Source: Octopus bimaculoides (taxonomy: Eukaryota). Taken from it: a stretch of 64,000 nucleotides of DNA. Location of the stretch: NCBI RefSeq assembly GCF_001194135.2, contig NC_068992.1:22161307-22225306 (forward strand), in the 5' to 3' direction. Positions 39,001 through 50,256 of the stretch are shown here, in pieces. Numbering within the stretch: the first letter of the stretch is position 1; each line of letters opens with the position of its first letter. The notes below the pieces were generated by a model, which did no database searches, was not told the DNA's origin, and was given only the letters and a program-made list of their open reading frames with translations. The translations under genes and the position numbers were made by a program.

Positions 39001-39330
39001 GATTTCAGTATTCTAATAAAATTCCTGATCTTCTAAAATTCAATCTCTATCTAGCGAAATGAGGAGGTGAAAAACAATTATTTCGACTGATGATATTTGG
39101 ATACATAAATATTGCAAAGTAATAAATAGTTAATAAGAAATATATCCTCCAGCAATAACAAGGGAAGTTTTGCTCTCATCTTCATTGTGTTTCATACTAT
39201 CAAGATAAATGTTCTTCAATAATAGATTAACCTGTGAAAACTACACATATTGTGAAATTTAGTTTCCTATTTCTTTGTAGTTTTTCTGTTTCCAACACGG
39301 ACAGGAAGATAACCTGGAATACAAATTTAC
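39001..39330 (+). repeat. Unclassified dispersed repeat, copy 1 (copy 2 at 43311-43670)
   Basis: Shared blocks gatttcag.attct.at.aaattc, aaatgaggaggtgaa, aagtaataaatagttaata.gaa and tcaataatagattaac. Confidence 0.7.
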
Positions 39331-39525
39331 GCACACACATACATACACACGTGCACATGAATACATAAATAGATACAGACAAACATATATAGATACATTC
39401 GCACACACACAGACACACACACACACAGACACAGACAGACACATACACACACACACACACACAGACACCCACACACACAGACACACACACACAGACACAC
39501 ACACAGACACACACACACACACACA

Positions 39526-39584
<59 letters not shown>

Positions 39585-39943
39585 TCTAATAAAAACTTTT
39601 ACAAAGTGCAAACATAATAAACCATATATCTTTTGTTTGGGACAGATAAGTAAACGTATGTACCGTCATAGAGATCAGCTGTGAGAATATCTCTTTGAAA
39701 ATCAAACAAAAAGAGAATAACTATGGCCAACTGCTTTGAAACTTCCATCCATACGAAGTAAAATAATGAGACTTGTTTGAGATATTTCAGAGAACAATTA
39801 CAGAAGAAAAATGAAAATAGAAACAAATAAAAAGTATGACTAACCTTGATTAAATACAACAGACTGGAGTTTCTCCAACGCCGCCGTGAGCACTACATCC
39901 TTTGTACAATGTGAAAAGTGTACTATCAGGCGATGTTATACTA

Positions 39944-40025
39944 TGAAACAACGCTGATATAAAGTTTTAAAATCACGCAAACTGCAGTTTGCGTGATTTT
40001 AAAACTTTATGTCAGCGTTGTTTCA
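39944..40025. repeat. 82-bp spacerless palindrome (41-bp arms, 1 mismatch)
   Basis: tgaaacaacgctgatataaagttttaaaatcacgcaaactg|cagtttgcgtgattttaaaactttatgtcagcgttgtttca. Confidence 0.95.
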
Positions 40026-40026
40026 C

Positions 40027-40445
40027 AAATCTGGATTTGAGAACAAGGTAAAAAATATTGAGAGGAGGGGATTTGTTGATACTATCGATCCCTAGTACTT
40101 CACTTTATCTTTTTACTTATCAAGGATAAAAAGCTAAGTTGACTTCAGTGGGATTTGAACTTAGAATGCAAAGACACAGAACACTTACCATGATAAAAGT
40201 TCTCCCAATGTACTAATGATACTGCCAGTTTGGCGCCTAGACGAATAAAATATTTATTTCTAGTCTTGATACAAGACCGACAATTTTGAGGGTAGTGGAG
40301 AAATTGATTATATCGAAATCATTACTCAGCTCGTTCTTATTTTACCAACCTCGAAAGGATGACGGGCGAAGTTGGCTTCGGCGGGATTTGAACACAAAAT
40401 GCAGATAGCCATAAGAAATGCCATGTTGTCCATCGCTGTAACGAT
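40027..40445 (-). mobile_element. Two adjacent diverged family E SINEs
   Basis: Both carry the gggatttgaac B-box complement and atcga/accaacctcgaaaggatga blocks. Confidence 0.65.
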
Positions 40446-40479
40446 TTTGTTGGATCGTTGGCTTTTGGAGTGTGAAACA

Positions 40480-41089
40480 ACGGAGGATTTTCTGGACATT
40501 ATAGATTGTTTGACAGGAAAACGATCTAGAATCCACTACGTTAGATTTATAGAAGAAAGTGTGGATATCAGGCTGAAGTAAAATAATATATTAACAGTAG
40601 AGGTTTTGTTAATGATCAGAATATAACCATGAACAAAACGACATTGTTTTGGAAATTGATGTCCTTACCGATGAAAGGAAAAGCGTAACCAGGGTCAAAG
40701 TGATTAACGATCGATTGTCTAAGAATTTTATTGGATAGAAATACTGATGGTGATTTGCAACAAATGCCTATGTTGTTATATCTTTCAGAAAACCAACATA
40801 CTATTAAAAGGTGCAGCCAGTATTGCTTACTAGATTATCGGAAATCTAATACAAAAACTTGTGTTACAAAATCTTTATTTAAAGATTAGTTCAAGAATAG
40901 CTTTTGTTTCGAGAGCGAAGACTATGGTAAGTCTATAAATCTAGATTAATGCTTTCTTTTTAGATTTTGGACAATGCTTCAGGTCACCCAAATGCTCTTG
41001 GTGACATGTGAAAATGTTAAGGTTATAGTTTTACCACCGATATAGCATCACTGTTAATGCCAGTGCATCAGGGAATGGCAGTAACATTC
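40480..41089 (+). mobile_element. Tigger/pogo transposase remnant, DDE N-terminal half
   Basis: Decayed LFWKLM, DRL, NTDGDLQQMPMLLYLSEN, KSNTKTCVTKSLFKD*, ILDNASGHP, ENVKVIVLPP and SLLMPVHQGMAVTF match the Tigger DDE_1 motif order. Confidence 0.8.
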
Positions 41090-41179
41090 CCGGCCCACTG
41101 TCTATACATTTATGTGTATGTCTGTGTATATGTGCATTTCTGTGTGTATGTTTGTAGGCATGTCAGTATAGTGAATATA

Positions 41180-41510
41180 CAGTTGAAGAATTATACTTAG
41201 ACAGCGTAAACTGTCATTTATTTTATGGATACATTTATCATTCTGACATAAAAACATCCGAGGCCAAATATGATAGGTGAGTTCTCATCAATCTAGGTGA
41301 ACATTACCTAAGCCACGTCTTTTCCTCTTCAAATATATTTACGGAATATGCTGAGAAAATATTCAGTTTCCAGAGGTTTAAATGTAATTTTTCATTGTTT
41401 TCTTTTCCTTGCTTTGTCTACATATGGACAGTGTTTCTCGTTGCTCTGTCCCAGATCAACCATGATCGAAGATATTATTCCATGCGTGATCATCATGTCT
41501 GTTTACCAGA
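41180..41510 (+). repeat. Unclassified dispersed repeat, copy 2; starts TA-CAGTTG
   Basis: See 33213-33540. The TA+CAGT start resembles a Tc1/mariner-pogo terminus. Confidence 0.75.
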
Positions 41511-41601
41511 CATGGTGCTCCGAGAACACCATTACCTATGTGTCCTCTTTATTTAAACAATAGGCTGCAATTGAATTAAGATCTGCTTACTTTTCCTAGC
41601 G

Positions 41602-41991
41602 AGTGGAGGCGCAATGGCCCAGTGGTTAGGGCAGCGGACTCACGGTCATAGGATCGCGGTTTTGATTCTCAGACTGGGCGTTGTGAGTGTTTATTGAGCG
41701 AAGACACCTAAAGCTCCACGAGGCTCCGGCAGGGGATGGTGGCGAATCCTGCTGTACTCGTTCACCACAACTTTCTCTCACTCTTACTTCCTGTTTCTGT
41801 TGTGCCTGTAATTCAAAGGGTCAGCTTTGTCATACTGTGTCACGCTGAATATCCCCGAGAACTACGTTAAGGGTACACGTGTCTGTGGAGTGCTCAGCCA
41901 CTTGCACGTTAATTTCACGAGCTGGCTGTTCCGTTGATCGAATCAACTGGAACCCTCGACGTCGTAAGCGACGGAGTGCCAGCAACAAAAA
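41602..41991 (+). mobile_element. SINE H1+T1, full length, with 13-bp TSD (1 mismatch)
   Basis: A box tggcccagtgg, B-box-like ggttttgattc, (CAA)-like tail; acttttcctagcg at 41589-41601 and actcttcctagcg at 41992-42004. Confidence 0.9.
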
Positions 41992-42387
41992 ACTCTTCCT
42001 AGCGGATCAAGTGGCTCTCATTGTCTCCCATGGACAGTGACTGGCTGAATCAGAAAAAATTCAGAACAAAATGACCTTCGGCATTTACTATTTAGTCTCT
42101 TTACTTTTCAGTTCAAATTCCAGCAAAGTACTGCACTTAAAAAAATTCTCGGTTTAAATAGCAACTTGCAACTTGAGTGCTTTTAGCGGTTTTAGAAGAG
42201 TGCTTTTTAATGTTCCTTTCCGTGCTTTTAGTTGCATGATTTCGATTTAGGTTTTTTCTCTGAAGCTAAATTTTCATCCTCAGAACCTTTCTGTTGTCTC
42301 GAACAACGTTTTAAAGATATCGGAGGCGTTGCTCTTCCATCGGTGGTTGACCTATAAAAATATCAAGACATGTACTAATGTAAGAAG

Positions 42388-42429
<42 letters not shown>

Positions 42430-42458
42430 GTGTGTGTGCGTGTATCTATAGATATGTA

Positions 42459-42720
42459 TATTGGTTTCAAATTTTGCCACAAGGCCAAAAATTTCGGAGG
42501 TGGGAGGTAATCGATTCCATTGACCCTAGTGTCTAATTGGTCCTTATTTGTATCAAAGGATAACAACCCTCGATAAAATAAAGACCTTAATTTAAAAAAC
42601 CCAGAAAGTATGAAAGACAATTCGACGTCAGGGGAATTTGAGCCCAAAATGTAAAACCGGAGGAAATGCCTCTAAGCAGTTCTCTCGGCGCGCTAAGGAA
42701 GCTGCCAGTCTATCGCCTTA
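42459..42720 (-). mobile_element. Family E SINE, diverged
   Basis: ggtttcaaattttgccacaaggcc...gaatttgagccca...gctgccagtctatcgcctta. Confidence 0.7.
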
Positions 42721-42764
42721 TTTGTAGTTATGTATATTACGTGTTTTTTTTCTACAAATATCAT

Positions 42765-43160
42765 TTTCTTTTATTTGTTTCAGCTATTTGACTGCGGCCA
42801 TGCTGGAACACTTCCTATAGTCGAACAAATCGGCCCCCAGAACTTATTCTTTGTAAGCCTAGTACTTATTCTATCTGTCTGTTTTGCCGAACTGCTTGGT
42901 TACGGGGACGTAAACATACCAGCATCGGTTGTCAAGCGATGGCGGCGGGATAAACGCAGACACACCCGCACGCACACACACACACACACACACACACGAT
43001 GGGCTTCTTTCAGTTTCAGGCTACCAAATCCACTCACAAGGCTTTGGTCGGCCCGAAGCTATAGTAGAAGACACTTGCCCAAGGTGCTACGCAGTGGGAC
43101 TGAGCCCGGAACCCTGTGGCTGGTAAGCAAGCTACTTAACACACATCCACTCCTGCGCCT
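42765..43160 (-). mobile_element. Family A SINE, full length
   Basis: Close to the reverse complement of 2821-3230; ends ccactcctgcgcct. Confidence 0.85.
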
Positions 43161-43310
43161 GTTGTTTATAGGAAAAGTACTATAAAAATAAGTACTAGGG
43201 TCGATTTGATCCGACTAAACACTTCAAGGCGGGGCTCCAGCATGGCCAAAGTCCAAAGACTGTAACAACTAAAAAGAAAAAGAAAAAATAGAGAAAAAAT
43301 AGTAAAAAAG

Positions 43311-43669
43311 ATTTCAGGATTCTCATGAAATTCACGACCTTCCAAAATCCAATATTGTATTTTAGAAGGTGTGTTCTTGTTGAAATGAGGAGGTGAATAA
43401 GAATTCTTTGAAATGTTGATATTTGGACATACAAAATTACGAAGTAATAAATAGTTAATAGGAACTATGTCTTTAAGCAATACAAAAATTTGAGAATAAT
43501 AATAAATGTTTTTCTCTCATCGTTGTTGCACCCAATAACACTAAGATGAATGGTTTTCAATAATAGATTAACTTAGGTGAACAAAATCATTTAAAAAATT
43601 CTGTTTTATATTTTCTTCCAGTCTTTCTCTTTCCGATACAGGCAGGTACATAACCAGAAATAATAATTC

Positions 43670-43670
<1 letters not shown>
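43311..43670 (+). repeat. Unclassified dispersed repeat, copy 2
   Basis: See 39001-39330. Confidence 0.7.
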
Positions 43671-43720
<50 letters not shown>

Positions 43721-44839
43721 AACTCAGAAAACGTAATTTCTGTTTTAGTCTGTATATTACATGCAAGTGTTTCCCTATGTTGATTGTCCTTATTACGTAT
43801 TACAAACGATTCACTTCCTCGGTATTATCGGATAAAAATACAATGTGGAAATATCTGCACGCCTGTATGAAAATTAGGTGCCAATTAGTTTGTATAGCAG
43901 AACAGAGAGCGATAGGTTGTGAGATAGTAGGATTGTGTGAGAGAGAGGTAATAGAATGGAAATAAAAAGACTATTATTGATGATTTTCAACCCTGACGAA
44001 GGAGGCCTGTTTTAAGGTAATATATGGAATATTTCTTCCGAACATAAATTGCATTTCTTATCTTCCAATTACATAAGGCTCCGCCTCGCCTACAATTTCC
44101 ATATTTCCATATTTTCACGCTTAAATACCAGTTATTAAATAGCAAACTGGAAAGAACCCTAAAATGTGCGCACTATCACAGAAAAAACATTTAAATATTT
44201 TCCTAGAAAAGATTTTTAATTAATTATTACGTATGTTGGAAATATTAGACGTTACATGAAAAATATTAGTGCATTAACTTGTTCGCCTTTATATTATATT
44301 AGTAAAATATACTCCCACTGCAATTGTCCTTCATATACTTTTTTTTTTATCTTCAGTCCTGGACTTACTAATTTAAAACCTATTTCCTAAGCGAGTTATA
44401 TATTGACTCGCTCCGGATTTTCCCAGCCAATTATTATCCTTCGTATGTAACACTTTACATAAGGATTACTCATATATCTAAGAGGATGTTATCTACATTT
44501 AGATATAAGGTTGATTTGTATAGGTGGAACTTACTTGTAAGGCTAGTACCCTGGTTTTACAAGTAAATTCTGTGCATCTTATATTTTTAAATTTTATTTG
44601 ACTTAGTGACCTCTAATTATATTAAAACTACCGCTGAAATTTAATCCTATTTGTTTCATTTAAGGCTAGTGGAAGAAATATATTCTGTCTTATTTTAATA
44701 TCTAACATTCATGATTCGAAATTCAAAACATAGGGTCATCCTAGGGTAGATCTAATAACAGATTTTATAACCATATCAGCTTTCTCACTATTTCCTCTCA
44801 TTCTTACCACTCAACATTAATCGCCCGCTACTAAAATGC

Positions 44840-45140
44840 AAAGACCCTCTTTGGTAATAAATGACCATGGGATTGCACCTAGAAAGTTCCTCTCCAAGGC
44901 AAAGTCCGGGCGAAGTTGCTAGTCGAAGACCATCAGTTGTCCATGCATACAAGCTACCGATGTTACCCAAGGGAAAGGCAAAGGCCGATACAGCTTGGCA
45001 CTAGTGACATCGCAACTCAACTGAGTGAACTGGAGCAATGTGAAATAAAGTGTCTTGCTCAAGAACATAACACACATCCGGTCCGGCAATCGAACTCACT
45101 ACCTCATGATTGGGAGCTCAATGCTCTAACCACTGAAATC
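44840..45140 (-). mobile_element. SINE H2 + CORE-like + T3 tail
   Basis: Minus-strand gtggttagagcattgagc...gagttcgattg head and ttgagcaagacactttatttcacattgctccagttcactcag CORE-like block. Tail ...ggagaggaactttctaggtgcaatcccatggtc is unlike T1 and T2. Confidence 0.7.
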
Positions 45141-45477
45141 CGGATGCGGATGAATAAAGAAAATCCAAATGAAACCCACATTCCGAGATATCCAAACAGC
45201 AAAAACATATGTCGGACAGAAGCTTAAATTAAATATGCTGTATAAATCACTGAAATAATAATAATAAAAAAAACTGTGTAGATGTATAATTCTCATTATT
45301 TATTTGAATTGTTTTGCATGTGCACCCAGTAATCCAAAGAAGCGAACTCAGGATTCACCCATCGGATGAAATTGGGATTCGTTATAGTCCCAGGTTATTC
45401 CTTACCATACAATGCGGTCAACCAAAATTTGAATTATAATAGAGTGCATGAACGGTACCTGCCTGAATCTATTATCC

Positions 45478-45512
<35 letters not shown>

Positions 45513-46449
45513 TGTATGTATGTATGCATGCATGTATATATACATATATATGTATATATATGTATATATATATATATATATATGCATTTATATTCATATA
45601 TATATATACATGTATATATATATACATATATATNNNNNNNNNNNNNNNNNNNNNNNNNNNNNNNNNNNNNNNNNNNNNNNNNNNNNNNNNNNNNNNNNNN
45701 NNNNNNNNNNNNNNNNNNNNNNNNNNNNNNNNNNNNNNNNNNNNNNNNNNNNNNNNNNNNNNNNNNNNNNNNNNNNNNNNNNNNNNNNNNNNNNNNNNNN
45801 NNNNNNNNNNNNNNNNNNNNNNNNNNNNNNNNNNNNNNNNNNNNNNNNNNNNNNNNNNNNNNATATATAGATAGATAGATGTAGATATACATATATATAT
45901 ATATATATATATACATATATGTACATATATATATATATAGATATACATATATATGTACACACACACACATACACACACACATACATATACAATTTATCTC
46001 TACGGATTTTCTATAGTATTCAGACCTGAAAGTTACGATGTTTCGTAGACGACAACGTGTATGTAAACAAGATCGAAGATAGAAAAATAGATAATTGATG
46101 TACATGCATATTTCAGGTGTTATTACTCTTCTTTCAGCATCATATCCGACCCCTTAAACCGTTGTATATATATCTACATCTATATACCGATCTGTCTGAC
46201 TGGCTGTTTGTCTGACTGACTGTCTGCCTGCCTGACTGTCTGTCTGACTAACTGTCTGTCTGACTAACTGTCTGTCTGTCTGTCTATCTATATGTGTATG
46301 CATTCGGTTTTATTGTCTTTTTACAACATGATCAGGTGTTATGATACTCCTCTCATTAAAGAGAACAACGAATTACTTGAATTATTGGAATATGACGTCG
46401 ATATATAATTTAAAAACGTGGTGGTGGGGGCTATCTTGAATTAGCCATT

Positions 46450-47040
46450 AATACTTTCGAGAAAATTTTAAGAAAATTAAGTTGAACACTTGTATTCTTT
46501 TTTTTGCACTCATTTTGGCTTGAGAAGCAAGTTGTTTATATAAACCGCTGTAATATGTGATAAATTACAAATTCCGCATCTTTTAACCGTTGTTTGGACA
46601 ACACTAAATCAGGAAATTAAAACTCAGGTACTTTTACAATTATTTTTTTTTACAGATTGTGTGTTTTTTTCACATTTTTTCCCGGCTATTTCAACGAGAT
46701 TATCATCACTTAAGTCTTTTGAATAGGAAGCTAATAACACACTAATATCTCTCGCATCAACATCCTCGAAGCCAAGTTCTCATTCAATGGTAGTAATTTC
46801 ATCAATGAGTTCGTTTACAGGAATTTTGAAGACCACTGGAATCATTATCGCATTCAGGTAAAAGATTTCGTCACACTGCTCTCACACAGCAGGCTACCAC
46901 TTTTTCCTATAATTCATGAATATTATTAATTGCTTATTATTGTTAGATTTTTTTACAAAATTCTCGAAGAGTGATAGCATTCTTTTCAGTTGCAACTTTA
47001 ACTACCCGAAAATTCTTCAAACATAATAGACATTGAATAT
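46450..47040 (-). mobile_element. Tigger/pogo transposase remnant, C-terminal half
   Basis: Minus strand: IFNVYYV*RIF (TFKAYYLRRTF-like), ITLREFCKK, and ELGFEDVDARDISVLLASYSKDLSDDNLVEI. Confidence 0.7.
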
Positions 47041-47103
47041 AATTAATTTCCGCTGGTTCGTGTGCTGCAAAGATAGTGTCGTAATTATACAACCTAATAA
47101 TGA

Positions 47104-47300
47104 TTACAAATTTTGGCATAAAGCTAAAAATTTCGGAGGAGGGGGTAAATCGATTACATCAACCCTGTTATTCAACTGGTACCTATTTTATCGATCTCCG
47201 GAGGATGAAAGGCACAGTCGGACCTCGGCGGAATTTGAACTCAGAACGTAAAGACGGACGAATCGCCGCTAAGCGTTTTGCCCGGCGCGCTAACGATTCT
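47104..47300 (-). mobile_element. Family E SINE
   Basis: cctcggcggaatttgaactcagaacgtaaagacggacgaa... Confidence 0.85.
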
Positions 47301-47531
47301 ACCTTTATGCAATCTAATAATAAAAAAGTTATTTATGAATTAAGAAAATCTCGAACGTAAGAGAAAAGCAGTGAAATTAGCGTTAGAAAATCGGGTAAAA
47401 ATAACCCCTTTGACAAAAAAGAAAAAAACAACAACAGGAAATGGATAACAGCTGCTACAGAGAATCGAAACCTGTACCGTCAAGTTTTAAGTCTACAATT
47501 AATAACATTTCATTTTCATTATTTTCTGCAG

Positions 47532-48099
47532 AGGAAGGCGGCTAGCTGGCAAAGTCGTTAGCACGTTGGGCAAAGTGCTTAGCGGTATTAAGGTCTGTCT
47601 TTACGTTCTGAGTTCAAATTCCGCCGAGGTCGACTTTGCCTTTTATCCTTTCGGGGTTGATAAATTAAGTACCAGTTACGCACTGGGGGTTGATGTAATC
47701 AACTTAATCCCTTTGTCTGTCCTTGTTTGTCCCCTCTATGTTTAGCCCCTTGTGGGCAATCGTTAGCACGCTGGGCAAAATGCTTTCGTCTGTCTTTACG
47801 TTCTGAGTTCAAATTCTGCTGAGGTCGACTTTGCCTTTCATCCTTTCGGGGTCGATAAATTAAGTACCAGCTGCGTACTGGGGTCGATCTGATCGACTGT
47901 TCGCTCCCGCACCTCCCCAGAAATTTCGGGTCTTGTACCTAGAGTAGAATATATTATTTTCTGCAGTGATTTCACTGCGGACAACTTTGCTTTCATCCTT
48001 TCGGAAGCGATAAAATAAGTACCAGTTGAATATTGGGGTCGATGTAATCGACTTACCCCCTCCCCCCAAATTGCTGGCCTGGTGCTAAAATTTGAAACC
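47532..48099 (+). mobile_element. Cluster of three family E SINEs separated by a triplicated target site
   Basis: Copies at 47534-47760, 47761-47945 and 47969-48099; attattttctgcag at 47518-47531, 47953-47966 and 48100-48113. Confidence 0.85.
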
Positions 48100-48220
48100 A
48101 TTATTTTCTGCAGTGGTGTCACTCTGTATTCAATATATACTTATATGATGGGTAATATATCTAATTACAGAAGCACATAGTAAATTTGTGAATAAGCATA
48201 AAATTCGTCCGCTTGCTTTT

Positions 48221-48969
48221 TCCCGTGAGGAAAGATGAATGGAGGCACAACATCGCCATTACTAGTGATCACTCTAAACACCATGATGTTGACTGGATGT
48301 TTGATTTTTATCTCTCTTGACACATGTTTTGAGGACACAGCAAGCCAACGGTTGTTCTGTGTGTTCACCAACTGATCCTGGCAAAAAATCTTCTCGTTTG
48401 AGAAAAACCAACCATGTTCTGTTGGAGGGGAAGCATGAGTGTGTTCAAAAGCTTCGTTGTGCAGTCTTTGATCTTGTCCTTGATGGCTTGGAATAAAAAA
48501 TTGGCCCTTTTTTTTTTATCTCATATAAGGAATAACGAATGTCTTCATGCACTACCAGACACCCGCAGGTCACTGGCGGTAGACCTGCTTGATTTGGAGG
48601 GATCGTTGACAGTCAGGAGTTATTTTCCTATTAGAACAATCAGAACAATCAGAGTGAGTTTTCCGAGCTGCCGTACCTTCGTAATCGTCATTAGACTCAG
48701 CCAACTCTTTCCGAATCCTCTGCACTGTCTTCAGATTCACACCCAGACTCACTGAAATGTTCGTATTGGAGCTTCCTGCGCGAATGCCAAGCACTGCAGC
48801 ATGTTTCCAAATTTCTGGCAGGGTGAATTGCGTCATGGTGTTGTGTTTCTCACAAACGATGACCAACCGACCCTACCATATTGTGTAGTCGACAAAAATC
48901 ATAAAACAAACAATGCAAATGCGCGAAATAAGAAATATAAATTGGCGATAATTTACACATCGCACCCTG
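48221..48969 (-). mobile_element. Tc1/mariner (maT/DD37D-like) transposon, 5' part, internally deleted and 3'-truncated
   Basis: TA-CAGGGTG terminus at 48971-48963. HTH region MTQFTLPEIWKHAAVLGIRAG...LGVNLKTVQRIRKEL; WFFSNEKIFCQDQ; NTQNNRWLA...KHPVNIMVFRVITSNGDVVPPFIFPHG. Confidence 0.85.
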
Positions 48970-49005
48970 TATATATAACTGAGGCGTTACAAGACTCATA
49001 CACAC

Positions 49006-49062
<57 letters not shown>

Positions 49063-49695
49063 TATGTATATATATACATACATATGTATATTACTGATGC
49101 GTTACAAGTCTTTGTTTTTTTTATTTTCTAATGAATCACCGTACACTAAGTGTATTGGATTCAGGCAACATTGTGATTAAATTAATTATACTAGACAGTC
49201 ATAAACAACTATCGTTGCTTTATTTAGTATCACAGCATATAGTGCATTTAATTGTATTTAATTTTAATTAATGAAGTTTAATTAATTTACACACGCCATG
49301 TCTGCTGAAATCTATAGGTTTAATATGTAGTACAATATAGCAACACTATTAACGGATTGATAATTTATTAATCGAACTACTTGCCAAAGCTATGCAATAT
49401 ATGAATACAGATGTACCTGATTTAATAACGAATTAAATAATAGTAGTTATAAAAGCAATGTAAACGGGCACAGTTGGGGAAGAGTAGTTAGATACTGATG
49501 AAAGTGCAATAAAGACTGAAATTAGCTAAGAAGCTGATCGCACTCTCTCTGTCTAGTGAAAAAATCCATGAAACAATATAAGGAACAAGTTTCGAAAATA
49601 TGGACATCACACACACGCACGCACACGCACACATACACACACACACAAACACACACAAAAACACAAACACATACACACACACACACACACACACA

Positions 49696-49858
49696 CGATG
49701 GGCTTCTTTCAGTTTCTGTCTACCAAATCCACTCACAAGGTTTTGGTTGGCCCGAGGTAATAGTAGAAGACACTTGCCCAAAGTACCACGCAGTGGGACG
49801 GAACCTGGTACCATGTGTTAGTAAGCAAGCTACTTACCACACAGCCACTCCTGCGCCT
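49696..49858 (-). mobile_element. Family A SINE 5' half
   Basis: gatgggcttctttcagtttctgtctaccaaatccactcac...cacagccactcctgcgcct. Confidence 0.85.
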
Positions 49859-50219
49859 ATATCTCTATATATATANNNNNNNNNNNNNNNNNNNNNNNNN
49901 NNNNNNNNNNNNNNNNNNNNNNNNNNNNNNNNNNNNNNNNNNNNNNNNNNNNNNNNNNNNNNNNNNNNNNNNNNNNNNNNNNNNNNNNNNNNNNNNNNNN
50001 NNNNNNNNNNNNNNNNNNNNNNNNNNNNNNNNNNNNNNNNNNNNNNNNNNNNNNNNNNNNNNNNNNNNNNNNNNNNNNNNNNNNNNNNNNNNNNNNNNNN
50101 NNNNNNNNNNNNNNNNNNNNNNNNNNNNNNNNNNNNNNNNNNNNNNNNNNNNNNNNNNNNNNNNNNNNNNNNNNNNNNNNNNNNNNNNNNNNNNNNNNNN
50201 NNNNNNNNNNNNNNNNNNN

Positions 50220-50256
<37 letters not shown>

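Noticed and set aside
43988-44050. ccCTGACGAaggag...ttccgaac hammerhead-like string
   Set aside because: GAAA is incomplete, the loop is overlong, and there is no stem I or cleavage triplet.
46740-46870. Plus-strand exon candidate ending cag|gtaaaa
   Set aside because: The opposite strand encodes a recognisable Tigger C-terminus, which explains the coding-like composition.
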